A stretch of 61,582 bases of DNA from Paraphysomonas bandaiensis. Its lineage: Eukaryota; Protista; Chrysophyceae. How positions within the stretch are numbered: the stretch's first letter is position 1; the number at the start of each line of letters is the position of its first letter. The stretch is from assembly GCA_965644295.1 (NCBI GenBank), contig CBFFRP010000396.1, positions 1 through 61,582 on the forward strand, given 5' to 3'. A program made the translations under genes and the position numbers. Positions 10,846 through 25,000 of the stretch are shown here, in pieces. The notes under the pieces were generated by a model. The model was not told the origin of the DNA. It did not search any database and saw only the letters and a list, made by a program, of their open reading frames with translations.

Positions 10846-11303
10846 TAGACAATTATAATCGTATATTGCAAGCTGCTTTCTCAACTAAGGACTTACTTAA
10901 TAGTGAATGAACTGAATGATCATGGTAATATAATAATAATTTTATAGAAAAGCCCATAATATACTGTCTACGCTGATATCATTTTCTAGAATACGTATAA
11001 TAAAGAATTGATCTTAGTAATAGTAAAACAATGTTGAGATTATTAGAGTGTAAGTAATGAACACGATAGAGTGAGAATTATAAATAACAATTTAAGACAT
11101 AACTATCATGCACGTTATAGTTAGAAGTGTAACTGATAATGACGACGTTATGATGACAATCATTTATCTTCAACAGATAATCTCTCTAATTCAGTCATGA
11201 TATATTTCATTGAACATTATAACTCACAGTTACAATCTTGTATTAAGCTGAATCCTAATACATATATATAAAGACAACCATAATACTATACACTATACAG
11301 GAA

Positions 11304-11597
11304 TGTTGAGAAACGCTCATTTTACACTAGATCACAGAGAGAATTTGTCGTAAGACTAGATAGATTTATTAGTATCGTTTACACGAAGTTGTGATAACCA
11401 ACACTAACTCATTATAATCCCTGCATAATATCCTACATATGCGAACCTCTCGTTACTGAACATATCTTGAACGATCAAACTATTTCAGTTTCTCAATATC
11501 ATCACAGCATTTGTACATCACTATATTTCACTGTATTCTCGTACATTGTCTTGAAGTGACATACTGAATATACTAGAATAAGATCCATATTCTAATA
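11304..11597 (+). repeat. Dispersed repeat, probable copia solo-LTR remnant (inverted copy at 32320-32609)
   Basis: Starts TGTTG; about 290 bp alignable with the reverse complement of 32320-32609. Confidence 0.75.
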
Positions 11598-12606
11598 AGG
11601 AACAGGCTACTCTTACCTCTTACGACTGTATATACTAGATACTAGTAATCATAGCAGTGTAAGAGTCAGAACTAATTTGGCATTGCAATTTAACTAACCA
11701 GTGCTGAGCACTTATATCCTACTATTTAAAGCTACTCCTCTCATATGGGTGTTCACCTTCTTGAGAACTCAAAATCCTGAAGTCTATCAACATTCTGGAT
11801 GCTCACTGCGTTAACACCCTATTATTTAGATATTGCACAATCTGAGAGGCTGAAAATAGAGTGTCAGCAAACAGCACAGTATTGATGTTGGTGCATGGTA
11901 GTTTCGGACCAATAATATCATAATATATTGCTTTCTCTCTCCTACGAGATGTACCCCTGCCTAACTAAACTTAACATCTTCATTTTATATAAAGGAAAAA
12001 TGGGTAGGAATAGAAAAAAGTGGGAACATGGGGTTTTAGGATTTGAATACGTCTCATCTCCTCGTACTTTATAACCCATAGCACAAAGATTGAAACGTCA
12101 AAAACATTATTGAAAAAGAAGTATCGGATTAAGTACAATTACTGCGACGCAGCACACTCGCTCTAAGAACAGACAGTGCGCCAAAAACGAAATATACTGC
12201 AGTACGAAGCAACAACGTTGCACTACCACCGATTTTTTGAATTATCAAAACTTTGGTAAAGAGTCAATATTTCAGTACAGGGAACAATACAAGCATGTAA
12301 GTCAGAAGCAACAAAGATAAGGAGTGGTATAGATAGAGATATACGGCGAATACGGAGATAGAAGGAACATAGCAGGCAGAAATACGGGCATATGGGGAAG
12401 TCCATTTCAACATAGATAGGTATTGTCCAGTTGAAAGGATTAGTGTACGTAAGTACTTGGGATGGAGTCGAGTGCCTTGAATCAAATCAACAGATATTGG
12501 TTCCAGGCGAGACAGTGTGAGCTAATAACTACTATAATAAAGCTAACTACTACATAGTATAACTAGAGGTAGAACGATGGAATCAGACCTTGCCAAGCAC
12601 CTTACT

Positions 12607-14461
12607 TTAGGAGCCACCGAAGTTAAAAACTCCACCAGGAGGACCTCCACCCCCCTGAGGACCAGTACCGAATCCGAATTGTGATGTACCGCCAACACCT
12701 CCCTGAACAACTTGTGGGGCCACAGCACCCTCATCCTCTTCTTCACCCCCGAAGTATGTCTCAATAATCTTCACCGCTCGTTGGTAGATGTTGTGATTTT
12801 CGTGGTTCTGAAGTTCCTCGATACGAGTGAGGCCGTCATTGTCAGCCACCATCTCAGCCATAGGATTGTTTTGGTGGTTGCCATTTGCGGCCTGTAATCC
12901 TACCTTCAATATATTCTCGATTCCTTCGAGAGCCACGGTTACGATTTTCGTATCCTTCACATCCAACAGGTTGCAGAGCGGTCCCATTGCACCCTGTTGT
13001 ACAATGTAAACAATTTGCTGAGGAGAGCCACCTGATGTCGCGTTGCTAACTGCCCAAGCCGCTTCTTTTTGAATGTCAAACTCTGCGTGTTGAAGCATCT
13101 CGATAAGCTTGGGGAATATTCCGGCATTCACTACAGCCTGAATCTGGTCAGAAGTACCAGCGGTGATGTTGGATATTGTCCAACAAGCCTCCTTGCGGAT
13201 GTTTTTCTTCGGATGGTCGAGGAGCCAAAGAAGGGCAGGCAAAGCACTTAGATTGATAATTAGCTGCGTCTGCGTGTCATCACCGGTTACTATATTTCCC
13301 ACTGTGCGCAAGGCGGGGGTCTGTACAGATGGAGTGTTGTTGCCCAGTAGCTCCACCAGTCTAGGAGCCACGCCAGCGCTAATTACTGCGTCAATTCTGT
13401 CATTGGGACCGTCAGACATGTAACTGAGGGCCCAGCACGCGTCAGTCACAGTCTCCATGTCATTAGAAAAAAGCAAGCGTGCGAGGAGCGGAAGCGCAGG
13501 GCGGACCAAATCGAACTTGGGTGGGGGTTTCCCGCGGCAAAGATTAGACAGTGTCCATGTAGCATTGCGGATCGTGGACAGCCGAGAATTCTCATTGAAG
13601 CTTGCACTAACCTCTAGAAGAGCATTGAGAGCATTCATACTCAATACTAGATCGCGGCACTGAACAGAGTCTCCAGCCACATTACCGAGAGCCCAAGCAG
13701 CTTGCTCCCGCACATCCTCGTTGGGGGACATAAGCAGCTGCACAAAAATTCCAACAGCACCAGCCTCAATTACCACACGGGTGTGTTCGGAGGTCCCAGA
13801 AGCAATGTTTGTGAGAGCCCAGGCCGCCTCAAATTGAAGTCCAGGGTTATCATTGCATTGAAGAAACTCAACAAATCGGGGAACAACTCCAGCTTCAATA
13901 ACTTGTTGGATAGGGGGATGGCGTTCTGAAATACGATTCTATTAGTCCAGGACATCTAAGCAATATGACCAAACAAACCTATGGAGAGTAACCTCCTAAA
14001 CTGCTGGGTGGCCTTCAGCTGCTGATTGGGGTCATTACTGAAGACACTCTTTCTATGCTCCGCAATCAAAGCAGGAGAAACTTGTTGGGTAGTAGACGGG
14101 ATGCCAGCATTCGGAGAGGGGTCAGAAGTTTCCAAAGCCTACAATAAAACAGTAAGAATACTGAATCATTTCTCTGTACACAGGCGCGTATAGAGCTCAC
14201 CGTTCTTCTGCGCTGATTGAGCCGCTCCTCTTTTTTGTTCTTACGGATCTGAATGGTAGTTTCTGTCCGTCTATACACACACATCACACTCACAGTCATC
14301 ACACACATACAGTGATACATCACCTGCGTCTAGCCTCATCCTGATCGACGCCCTTCTTCATGTTTTTCTTACGGCCTGATTGCTGTGAGAAGAGAATGTT
14401 AAGCGACCGCATACACTCATATCATATACCGTACCTCGTATGACTCATTGCCACCTTCCAT
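12607..14461 (-). CDS. KPNA: Importin subunit alpha (multi-exon)
   Basis: IBB domain ([22 protein letters not shown]) and ARM repeats ([39 protein letters not shown]). Confidence 0.97.
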
Positions 14462-14978
14462 GGCTGAATAAATTCAAGATTAGTAGTGTTTTAATTGACT
14501 AGTGCCCCCTTGTTCTTGATCTTCTATATATGGACCACTCTTCTATCAGTCCTCATGTACGATACTTGTATATACAGCCCCCACCACACCATACCACATC
14601 TCCACACTACAGTTCTACAGCCCCGCACTTCTCCTCCCTGTTCCACACATGTCGACTACACTATCTTGAACAGTCAGAATCATAATTCAGTTTCCTTCAA
14701 TCCCAATAGTCTTCAGTCATCATAACTAACAACACTCTCATTGGCTATCTACTGTATATACCGTATATAGGCGTGTATTTCTACTAGGATATTAGAGTAC
14801 ACTGCAACTGTAGTCTACATAACTGTATCCTGTCGTATATAGAGCGTATTCCTGTAAAGTATGAAATGGTATGTAGGATTAACTGTATGGTTTGGTCAGT
14901 TCAGCCCATGGCACATATAGAGAGAGCGCGAGCTGTAAGCTCACAGTAACATCAGATCTCTGGTCATTGTGCCGCACA

Positions 14979-16315
14979 ATGAACTGTGGCTGGAGCCCCA
15001 ACACCCCCTATGTGGTTGTTCTCTTCTATAAATATTGTGATATCGAGTCTCCTGATGACTGGCGGTTGTATTTCAATCAGCTAGTGCATAAGTACAGTCT
15101 ATTGGGACGAATCCTCCTTGCTAAAGAAGGTATCAATGGAACACTGGCAGGGTCGAAGAACGGTATTAAGGGATTTGTAGAAGAAGTTTCTGGGAATATT
15201 CTGTTCAGTAAAGTGGACTGGAAGTACTCAGAGGGACACGGAGACAGACTGCCTTTTCGTGACGTTCATTTGAAGGTAGTGAATCAGATAATATCTGTGG
15301 GGAGTGTGGATTCAGTTATACAGAGTCATATATTTTACGATGAGAATAGTTTCGGCGGACTCGGAGGTGTGGGTCACCATTTGTCTGCAGATGAGTTTCA
15401 TGATGCACTGTCTGACAAGAGTGGTATAGTGCTCGATATTAGAAATGATTTTGAGTACAACATTGGTCACTTTGAAGGTGCTCGCAGTGTTAATACTGAT
15501 ACATATGCAAACACATGGGACAGTTTAGATAAGTTAATAGATGGCGATGGCGGTGAAGAAGAAGTGAAAGACCGCAAAATATTTATGTACTGTACTGGTG
15601 GAATTCGGTGTGGTACGTGAAATCATAATTCTAGCCAACAATGTGTCCGTCTAATTCTTGTACTAGAAAAAGCATCTGCATACCTTCTAGCTAAGGGGTG
15701 TAAGAATGTGTATCAGGTGTGTGCATGATCGAACATACTTGGCGAATGTGATGTTTGTATCAGCTTCAAGGTGGGATTCACAGATACCTTGAGCAATTCC
15801 CTGATGGTGGAAAGTTCGTTGGTAAAAACTATGTGTTCGATGCACGTTACAGCATCCCAGCCAAAACCTCAGGAGAATACCTAGATGGTGGTATGGAAGA
15901 AATTGTAGGCCGATGTTTCTACTGCAATTCTCCACACGATAGCTATAGACCGGACACTACATGCACAGTGTGTAATGCTCAGCTACTGGTGTGTCCAGAG
16001 TGTATCGCGACCAATCCTGTGTGTGGAGAGTATCACTGCCGTACTCACTGGTGAGTGCATCTTCGCCATATTTGTACTGGAACTCATATTACTATCACCA
16101 GGCATTTGAGATCGATGTACTTCACTTCTCTGGAACCGTTTAGTGCGAGAGATCTGAAGCAACAGGCTCAGGACTTAAACCTTTTGCTTAACTCTTTGGA
16201 AGGAAAGAACCAAAAAAATCGCAGGAGAACACTACGCAAGCAGATACAACGTGTAGAAAATAGATTAGAAGAGCTAGAAGTCTTGATGTCTGATAATGAG
16301 TCCGAATCGGTGTAA
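14979..16315 (+). CDS. TrhO/TSTD2-like (UPF0176) rhodanese-domain protein, 4 exons
   Basis: LFYKY, GRILLAKEGINGTL, LDIRNDFEY.IGHF, MYCTGGIRC|EKAS, QLQGGIHRY, GKNYVFD. Confidence 0.92.
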
Positions 16316-16820
16316 TCTAACCTCATGACAGTTGACAGTTGCTTTTACCTACAAATGAGTTTCCTTCTGATAGCTACTCGTTGCTCTCAATCGAGTTGTT
16401 AGGTGTGTCATATACATGACATCGAACATCAGAAATATTGCTAATTCCTAATTCACTATGTGTACGAATAGATAATGCGAAAAATTGACATTCTTAACCT
16501 TTGAATGAAAGTTAATAAACCCAATAAACACAACACTCAATTAATTAAAAGTAGTGGTAAACATTTCTCATCCTTCACTTGCAGCTTGCCATGAACAGTT
16601 ACGAATTTATATATGGTCGTCACATTACACTTTGTATACTCTATTCCATAGCACTTCATTGAACCACTGATTTGTAACAACGGATACAAACAGAAAACCA
16701 ACACTACATCATTTGGTCGTTTAATTTTAAGCGGAGAACGACTTATCAGTCACTAAGAAACTAATTTGTTATATACTGAGTAGTTAAACCGGAAGCACTA
16801 CATAAATAAAATTGCTGATT

Positions 16821-18923
16821 TCATGACGAGGTAAGGAGTTTATTCCTGAGAATATATATGGAAGGCTTAAGACGAAACTTAACTGGTCCCAGGAGCCTTT
16901 GAATTTCATCAGTGTTGTCCTCACTGAGCCAACTACCGCTTCTGTCAATAAAATAGCCATCAAAAGATTTCACTATGTGCCAGACCTCGAAGTTATTCAG
17001 GTGGGCATCCCTGAAACCGAAGGAAGAAGTAATATGTCAACTTGACACAGTAGCAGCAGGCAAAATAACGTACTCTGGATATTCTCCAACAAGCCAATCA
17101 AAGGAGTCATAATCTAGGTTTTCGTTCTCGTCTTTGGAATAACGAATCGTTGGTGTGGAACACAAAACAGAATCATCAAGACACAATGGGTTTAGTTGTA
17201 GAAACCTTCATACAACTATCACTTAAAAGTTGGCCCAAAGTGGTATTAAATCACCTTGTTACTCCTGTCATGGCTGCAGTCGCGTGAATATGAACACTTA
17301 TATTGCAATCCCGCAATGGCATAACCTGTTTTCCGTACTTATATATGCACACGCCGTTAGCAGTCGTCTCATACGATGACAAAACATGCTTGTTAAGTAT
17401 AGAAAGAGCTTCTCCTCCAGGGTAATTGTGCTGTGCAGCGACTGCATATCGAATGAAATATCATACAAGCGATTCACATTACTCTGTATACCTGAAAATG
17501 TCCATGTAAGAAGCAACATACCGACAACGAACACAACAAACCCAACCCTAGTACCCAAATAAGGTATGAGAAATACACTGACTAGTTTCAAATCTTACCA
17601 AACTATAGTACGCATTATCCTATATACTGCAGGGAGAACAGTCTTAGTTCTATAGTCCGGCAATGTGTTGTGCAGACCAACAGCGGCAGCAATAGTCAGC
17701 ACAGGAAATACCACAAATATGAATCGCAGTTCCTGAATAAAGCACTTGTTACAGTCCGTAGTGCAAGATATTTGAGATGTGAGTGACCTTGTGTGGCAGG
17801 AAACTATAAAGCGTAGTGAAGGCAAAAACAGGAGTGATATGGTACCAAAGTGTCCGCATAGAGATGGCAGAAGAATGTGTGGTGACAGGGCTGAGGTAAC
17901 TGGAAAGTTTGAATCCACTCAAGCCGACAGCCACTAGAGGGAGACTCAAATGTAATGCCTAAAATACATTTGCTAAGGGTAAATTGTACACAACGCAGGT
18001 AGTACCCTGGGGATAGCAGAAGTGAAGTACCAATGCCAGGGGTAGACACCCCACTCAGAGGATCGGTTGGATACTGTGTTGAAGAATAGAACAATACCTT
18101 CCGGCCAAAGCAACCTAATTATATATTTAATAACGTCATAAAAACGGGGATGGCGAGGTATACAGAGCAGAAAAAACTACCTGTTCCAGAAGTAGGAGTC
18201 CACAATTACCGTGAGCACGAGGGCACAAAAACATGTGCCAACGCCCATTGCTAGGGTCGAAAAGAATGGTACCTGTAAGATAGATTGTTAATAATATAAA
18301 TTTAACATGCGTATGTATATAACCTCTTGTGCAACTAGCATCTGCAATGCAAGTGGACACAACAGCACCAACAGATCGCATCGAAACACCACCATAGCTG
18401 CACCCACTACACAGAGCGCCGCTCGAGGCTGTTTTTGTATCCATAATGCATATGCTTCTATGACCGCTGCGAGAGCAAATGTATTCGGCAGAGTCCGTGT
18501 CGCATAGAAGGGGATGTGAAACTGAAGACTCAGCAGAAGAGAGAACAATAAAGCAACGCGCTGTCCGTAGCTGCTGCTCACGGCATCTCTCAAGTGACAG
18601 AGAGGGACCCATACGATAACTCCGACCACAGCACGGCACATATATTGATATATAAATACATCACCAGAGGCGCTGCTAATATACGCATAACACACGACAC
18701 TCACAGGACACAGCACCGCTGAGACCACAAGAGCACCGAGGAAGGTACGAGGAACAACTCCGGGAAATGAAAAGTGATCGTAGTTTATGAGCGTGCTCCC
18801 GTATAGTATGACATCATGCATCGCCTGTATATTAAAGCTCTCCTCTACTTTAGTATACGGGCACATAACCATATGGGCCATAAAGGATACGAGCAATACA
18901 TAGTCTACAATCCACCGGGACAT
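16821..18923 (-). CDS. ALG12: Alpha-1,6-mannosyltransferase ALG12 (GT22), multi-exon
   Basis: [47 protein letters not shown]|ELRFI. Confidence 0.95.
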
Positions 18924-20294
18924 GCCGGCCGGACCAGGCTTCACGTTGATAGTCTTGGATTATATGTATGACACCGGTGCAGCCGTATGTCCGAAGAGTA
19001 TGATACTGCAGGCGTGACTCTTATGTACTGTCACTGCACACGAAGTCAAGAGAAGTGAAAGCAAGTGAAGTGAGAAGGAGGAATATATGCAGTGTCTGTA
19101 TATACATGTATGTACCCTATTCAGCAGTGTAGGAATACTGCAGTATAACGGTGTATTTTACACATATATACAGCACAAGTACTATGTACTGGTGTACTGT
19201 ACATCTGTACATCTATACATGTACAGTACTACAATCGTATACAGAGTACATCTTCCATTATACAGCCCTGCCTCCACTGTACATACATAGCTGAGGCTGG
19301 TGTGGCTCCTCTATATTCCGTGCACTGATCCTCATATCCTCAAGCAGGAATGGTTAATGTAACTCTTTTGCTACTCCGAGTAGTGTTGCTTCTGAATATT
19401 CTGGCCTGGATCTAGGATTGATATGATTGGCTGTAGTCTTCTATAGTAATATACCTGTATATGTATGTGTATATGCTGTATGTATATGTATATGTATGTG
19501 TGTAGGAGCAGAGCGGAGAGGGTATCTCTGTATATACATCATCGACATCGACGGAGTGGCATATGACTGTGAATAACTAAGAATATAATAGTAATGGTAG
19601 TATGTATGTATGTATGTATGTATGTCTTTAACTGAAGTGTCGAAACGCAGTCGACTGCTACAAGAAACGCCATGCTGTAAACAATCATTGTAATCAGTTA
19701 TATACAGTTTCATCTTAAGGAGTATCAGCGTGTATGGCGAATTCAACAGCTAGCAACACACAGAGACTGTAGTGACCAACAATACAATGTATAATTTTAT
19801 ATTATGGTCTCTCAATTGCATACGCCGATTTTTATACATATTATACGTTTGAAACAGGCCAATTATAGTGGATATATGGATATGTATACTAAGATCTAGG
19901 ACATATTAAGGTAATGACAAGATGAGCATGCTACAAATAATATATTTCTTGACTTGGAAGTTGCTTGTAGTTAGTCAGTAGTTGTAGAAAAATAAATTTC
20001 TGTTGGCTCACTTTTTGGACTTGACGAACCAGGGTTTAATGATATGGTATCTCATACTCTCCTAACCTCACAATATATTATTTCTAGAAATGCATATAGT
20101 TTAATTCAAATAGTTTTTTTTCGACCTAAATTGGGCTCAACTAAATGATCATATTATTAGCATATATCTTCTATCTTAAACATGATATTGGCAGTCATTC
20201 CCATGTGATTTCATTACATTAAACAATTCTAGGGAAACCACCACGCTGCAAGTTATATTCCATCCTTCGTCTGATGCGGAAGATCATCATAAGA

Positions 20295-21455
20295 GGCTTT
20301 AATGGTAATGCTATTGTAATTGCCGGGAACTGGACTACCATTAATGGAGTGTACAGGTATTAGAGTACTTGATATATGATATATGCTATATATTGAACTT
20401 AGTGAAATCAAGCAAGCAATGTTAAACGAAGTTCATGCAACTCTACAGCTACTTTATCAGCGGCACACTTAATGCTATAATAGTTAGAACATAGATTTCT
20501 GTGCCCTGATCAACACAATAACTACGTACTCTGCTGAAAAACTCTAAAAAAGCATTAAAAGTATACGTATTTCACCTAGAAAACATTCATAAAATACTCT
20601 TTTTTCTTAAAGTTGAAAGAAGCTGTTGTATACAACTAAACAAAATAGTTATACTCCGTAATTTTACCATATACTAATCAACGAGCACCTTCCTTTGTTT
20701 GGGCTTGATGTTTTGTTTTCTGACACTGAGCGAGCAAACTGGCATTCCTTGATGAAAGATCTAAAGACGTTTAAGAATGCCAGTTTGCTCTCATCCGATA
20801 GCAATCAATACAAAAGTGCAGGAACCAGGAACTAATTTTGCACAGGGTATTCTGGATAGTGCCGAGGTTGGTACCTATGAGTCCAGCTACCATTGCTTGC
20901 TTCATATCGAATCACAATCTAATGTTGTTGTTGAGAGGGGCTCTGTAGTCGTGAAAAGTTGATTATGACACCTGATCGTAGAAACATGAATCCATATCGT
21001 CTAAAATCGTTGAAATTCCTACGAGCTAATTACATGTTGTGGAATGCTTCAGGCCTGGTAACCGTTAATAACGGGAATATCATTATAATTGCCAGGACAT
21101 AATTAATACCATTTTAGTTGCCGGAAACCAGACTACCATTAATGGACCATTAATGGCATACACTGCTATATATTTCTCTACACTCCGTTAATGGTTTCCA
21201 GGCCCTGGAATGCTTATGCCATCCATGAAGCCCTACTGCAAGATGATCCTGATGTGTCAGTGGAGAGCGAGATATAGTTACGATTCGTAGTCTGTTGTTA
21301 CACTAAATTAGTAATTAAGGGAGCACCACACTATATATTACATATTATGAGCGGTATTATCTACTTAGGTGTTAATGGACCATTAATCATTAATGACCAT
21401 TATAGTTTTCGGGAACAGGATTACCATTAATGGGCCATTAATGGTAAAGGCCCTG
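20295..21455 (+). mobile_element. Degraded hAT element with C-terminal dimerization-domain remnant
   Basis: SNVVVER..., LIMTPDRRNMNPY, FLRANYMLWNA; ccattaatgg subterminal motifs at both ends; right end ...ggccctg at 21455. Confidence 0.75.
21050..21207. mobile_element. 158-bp hAT MITE with 8-bp target site duplication
   Basis: gaatgctt at 21042-21049 and 21208-21215 flank caggcctgg...ccaggccctg. Confidence 0.9.
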
Positions 21456-22048
21456 CACCATAACGATGTCAATTCGAGTGATTAACAATTACAATCGAGA
21501 GGAGTTCAAATGCCATATCTGATTCACAAGGTGATATGAGCAGTGGCACATAGTCCTTTCCGGTTTGTGACTCGTGCGACTATATTTTTTCACATTCATC
21601 ATCACTCGCGTTTACGTACGAATTTCAAAAAGTATGCAGTCTATTTACACATTATTATTACTTTTACATATAATTTTAATTTGATATATTTTATTTATTT
21701 ATTTTATATAATTTTAAAGCCCGGTTTTCAGAGGGCGCCAATATGAAGCGATAGTGGAATGTTAGATGAAAAGAAAGGAAATTGAATTATTTTTTCGTCG
21801 TCGTGTTGTGTGTGTTGTCTGCTAAAACGGTACCAGCTTTTCAATAACACGATCAGTAATCGTGCGATCCAAGTAATCAATCAATCAAGATGGCCAACAA
21901 TAATTTAATTATATAACATATAAGATCCGACTTAAGTACTCTAGATATTAAAAACACACGCCACATATATACCTGCTTACACGCAGTTTAAATGAATATT
22001 GGATAATCGAACAACCTAATATTTATTCATGCGTTAAGACGGCATGAG

Positions 22049-25000
22049 CTATATCACATCACCACTAGCATCACACACTGCACCATATATATTTACATCA
22101 CAGCGAAATATTGGAGGTCCACCACCATACATATCAGACAATACTCTCCAAACTCCTGGACTCACCACCAGGTAGTCATAATCTATCCTCAGATCAACAA
22201 GTAAATGCTCATTCAAGACAACTTCATCACGAGTAGTTTCATTGGGGGACTGAAGGTTGGATGCATCACGAATCGCCTTTCTATGAGGGCTGTCTCGGCA
22301 TAATAGCCTGAAGTTACTGATAGGGCCAGGTGGAGACTGCGGATACTCAATATCTTCATGAGACCCGGCCTGTACAAAGAGTCGCCATCTGTCTAGCCAT
22401 GGCTTATGGATAATGCAACAATAACATACATCTTGAAGCGGTCTAACATGCAGAATACTGTGAATTGGATCCTTCGAGGAATTATCACCTAATTTTTCAT
22501 TTTCCTCGTCAATAATTTCGTCTCCATTTGCACAATGTACGCTATTCTCGAGGATAGCCGACGGAGGGGAACGCAACTTCCGACTACTTTCAGAATTGGA
22601 AAGTGATGACGGATCATTATTCACAGCATCTACTTCCTCGCTTTGTAGACTAGGAAGCTTCTTATTCACACCTAAGGCGCTAAGCCGGAACGACTTCCTA
22701 TCAAACCAGTTCTTTGGTTCTTCACAATCACTCTTCGCGCTTGATTCTGGGCTAACTGCAACTGGTGCAGTTTTGCGACGAATAGTGACCCATGCACTCG
22801 ATATCATTTCGACCACTCCTGTAGTAGAGCGAAACCTGCGACGTGTAACTTCGATATCATTGGGACACTGGGACACTGATGCAACACTTTGTGATTTTAC
22901 GCTACACGGAAGAAGTTTAATGACAGGCTTCTCTCGTTTCTTCAGCTCTGCCTGAACCTCTCTCATAATACATTCATCCGTTTCTTCAGGAAGCGGATCT
23001 TCATATCCGTCCAAGATATTCTCAACAACTACGCGTTCCATCTCATTGCTGCGTCGGTCCATCAGTGCAGCGTGCTTTTCCATGCACTCCAAACAAGGTA
23101 CCATGTCCCTGTCAGGAAACATAAGGGAACAAACATGCGCAATATATAAGAAACTTACAACAATGGCCTGAATAGATCCTTGCTCTTTAACTTTCCATCT
23201 TTCGGCGGTGGAACATTATCCATATTGTCCTTGTTGTGAATAGCATAACCGTATTGCTCATATAAGTAAATCTCTATGTGCTTCCACAGCTCAATATCCA
23301 CAGGAATGCATACATGTTTCTTGCAGGCGTGCAAGTGCGGTTTGAGATGACCATGTGGGCATGCAATGTCATCGTTACAAATGGGTCCAGGGTCCGAGAA
23401 GCTCAAAAACCTCATAATCCAGTACAGAGATATAAATACTTGCGATTTCTTCGGGGGCGTGTCAAGAATCACATAATTAAGGGCATTCTCATATTCTTCG
23501 TCATCAAAATCTTCAATCTCCCCTCTCTCATGAGCCAAGCGACCTAGCAAAGACCCTTTAATTTCGTTTTTGATCCCATTTAAAGCCCTGGCTCTGGGTG
23601 ATAATGGCCCTATAGTAGCCCTTGATTTCCGTCGTATCTCCTGCCTGGTTTCTATCTCCTTCATACGGGTCGCTTTCCCGTCTCTAGCAATCTTCCTCAT
23701 ATTTACTTGAACCACCTTCCATTTCGATCCAGGTTTAAGCCTGCCGCTCGAAGTTGAGTTTTTCTCCACAATACTTCTACGAGCGAGACTAGCGATGCTC
23801 TTTTTACTAAAATTTGATATCCTTCGAATAGCACTCCCAAAAGCTTTAGGTGTTTTAACATTACGTTTCTTCCAGTACTTAAGCACATGCATAATACCAA
23901 ACCTTCTAAGTTTGTTTCTCTCTTGTTCAGCTAAATCTTTTAGATATTGTCGCTCTTCCTCTACCAGTTTCCACCGCGTCACCACATTTTCTTTCAGTCT
24001 GCACTGCAATTCTTCGAGGGGTGGATGGAATTTACAATTCGTCGTATCCTTCGGTGGCCCACGCTTAACGTAAAACAGCATCAAAGCCTCCCGGCTCCTC
24101 ACATACCGCTCTGACACTTGTTTCACAAGGTGGTCCTCATATTCGAACCATATATCTTCAGGCATGTGTCGGGCAAGTGTGTTATATTGACTCTTGAACT
24201 TGTTCGTACCAGCATGTTCGATCACAACTGCCAAGTCATAAACCGGATTCTGCTGCCACGAGCTTTGAAAATAGCCGGATGAACTGTCAAGGTGGTCCCG
24301 CAGGTCAAAATCATTAATCGGAAAGTCAATTTTTGAGTTTATTTTCGAATGGTGGAACCCCATATTCACAAACCTATTGAAGTAGATAACTAACACTTCA
24401 GGGGCCGTGGCGATATGCATCGTTTTCTTCATCTCGCAGTCTTCACCACAACATGGGCAGTATTCCAATGATGACTACATATTCACCACATTACTCTTTG
24501 CATAAAAAATATATAGTAATCGACATACTCGAGATGCGAAATTTTGCTTGAGGCAGTCAGTCAAAGACACTGTACTTCCTAATCCACGAATACCGAATTC
24601 AATCCTAATACAAAAAAACTAAGTATCTGTAATGATTAAACTTTTGGGCACACATACTTAGCAGCATGAGCTAATTGTCCCACAGTTCTGGGGAGATTCT
24701 TCATAAACGTAGTGAAGCTACCATCATCAAGTATACTCGACCCAGTAGTCGACATAGGCATAGTTTGTGATTCAGAACTTTCTTTCTCGGCAGCATCTTG
24801 TTCCTCGCCTGAAATAACACTCTTAGAACTGCACCAACAATGATATATCGACTCACGTGGACTCATCTTACTCAATTGCATTCTGATGGAGGAGTTCCTT
24901 CGCTTACGAAACGGAATAATAGCGGACCGCTCATCCTCCTCCTCAGTGAGTGACTCGTCAACCCGAATATATTCGTGTTCTTGCTTCAGAAACTCGTTCG

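Noticed and set aside
11032-11174. TGTTGA...TCAACA mini solo LTR
   Set aside because: Flanks do not form a matching TSD and there is no second copy in the window
19280-19440. Possible ncRNA upstream of ALG12
   Set aside because: Only a short hairpin; no recognisable tRNA, snRNA or snoRNA motifs
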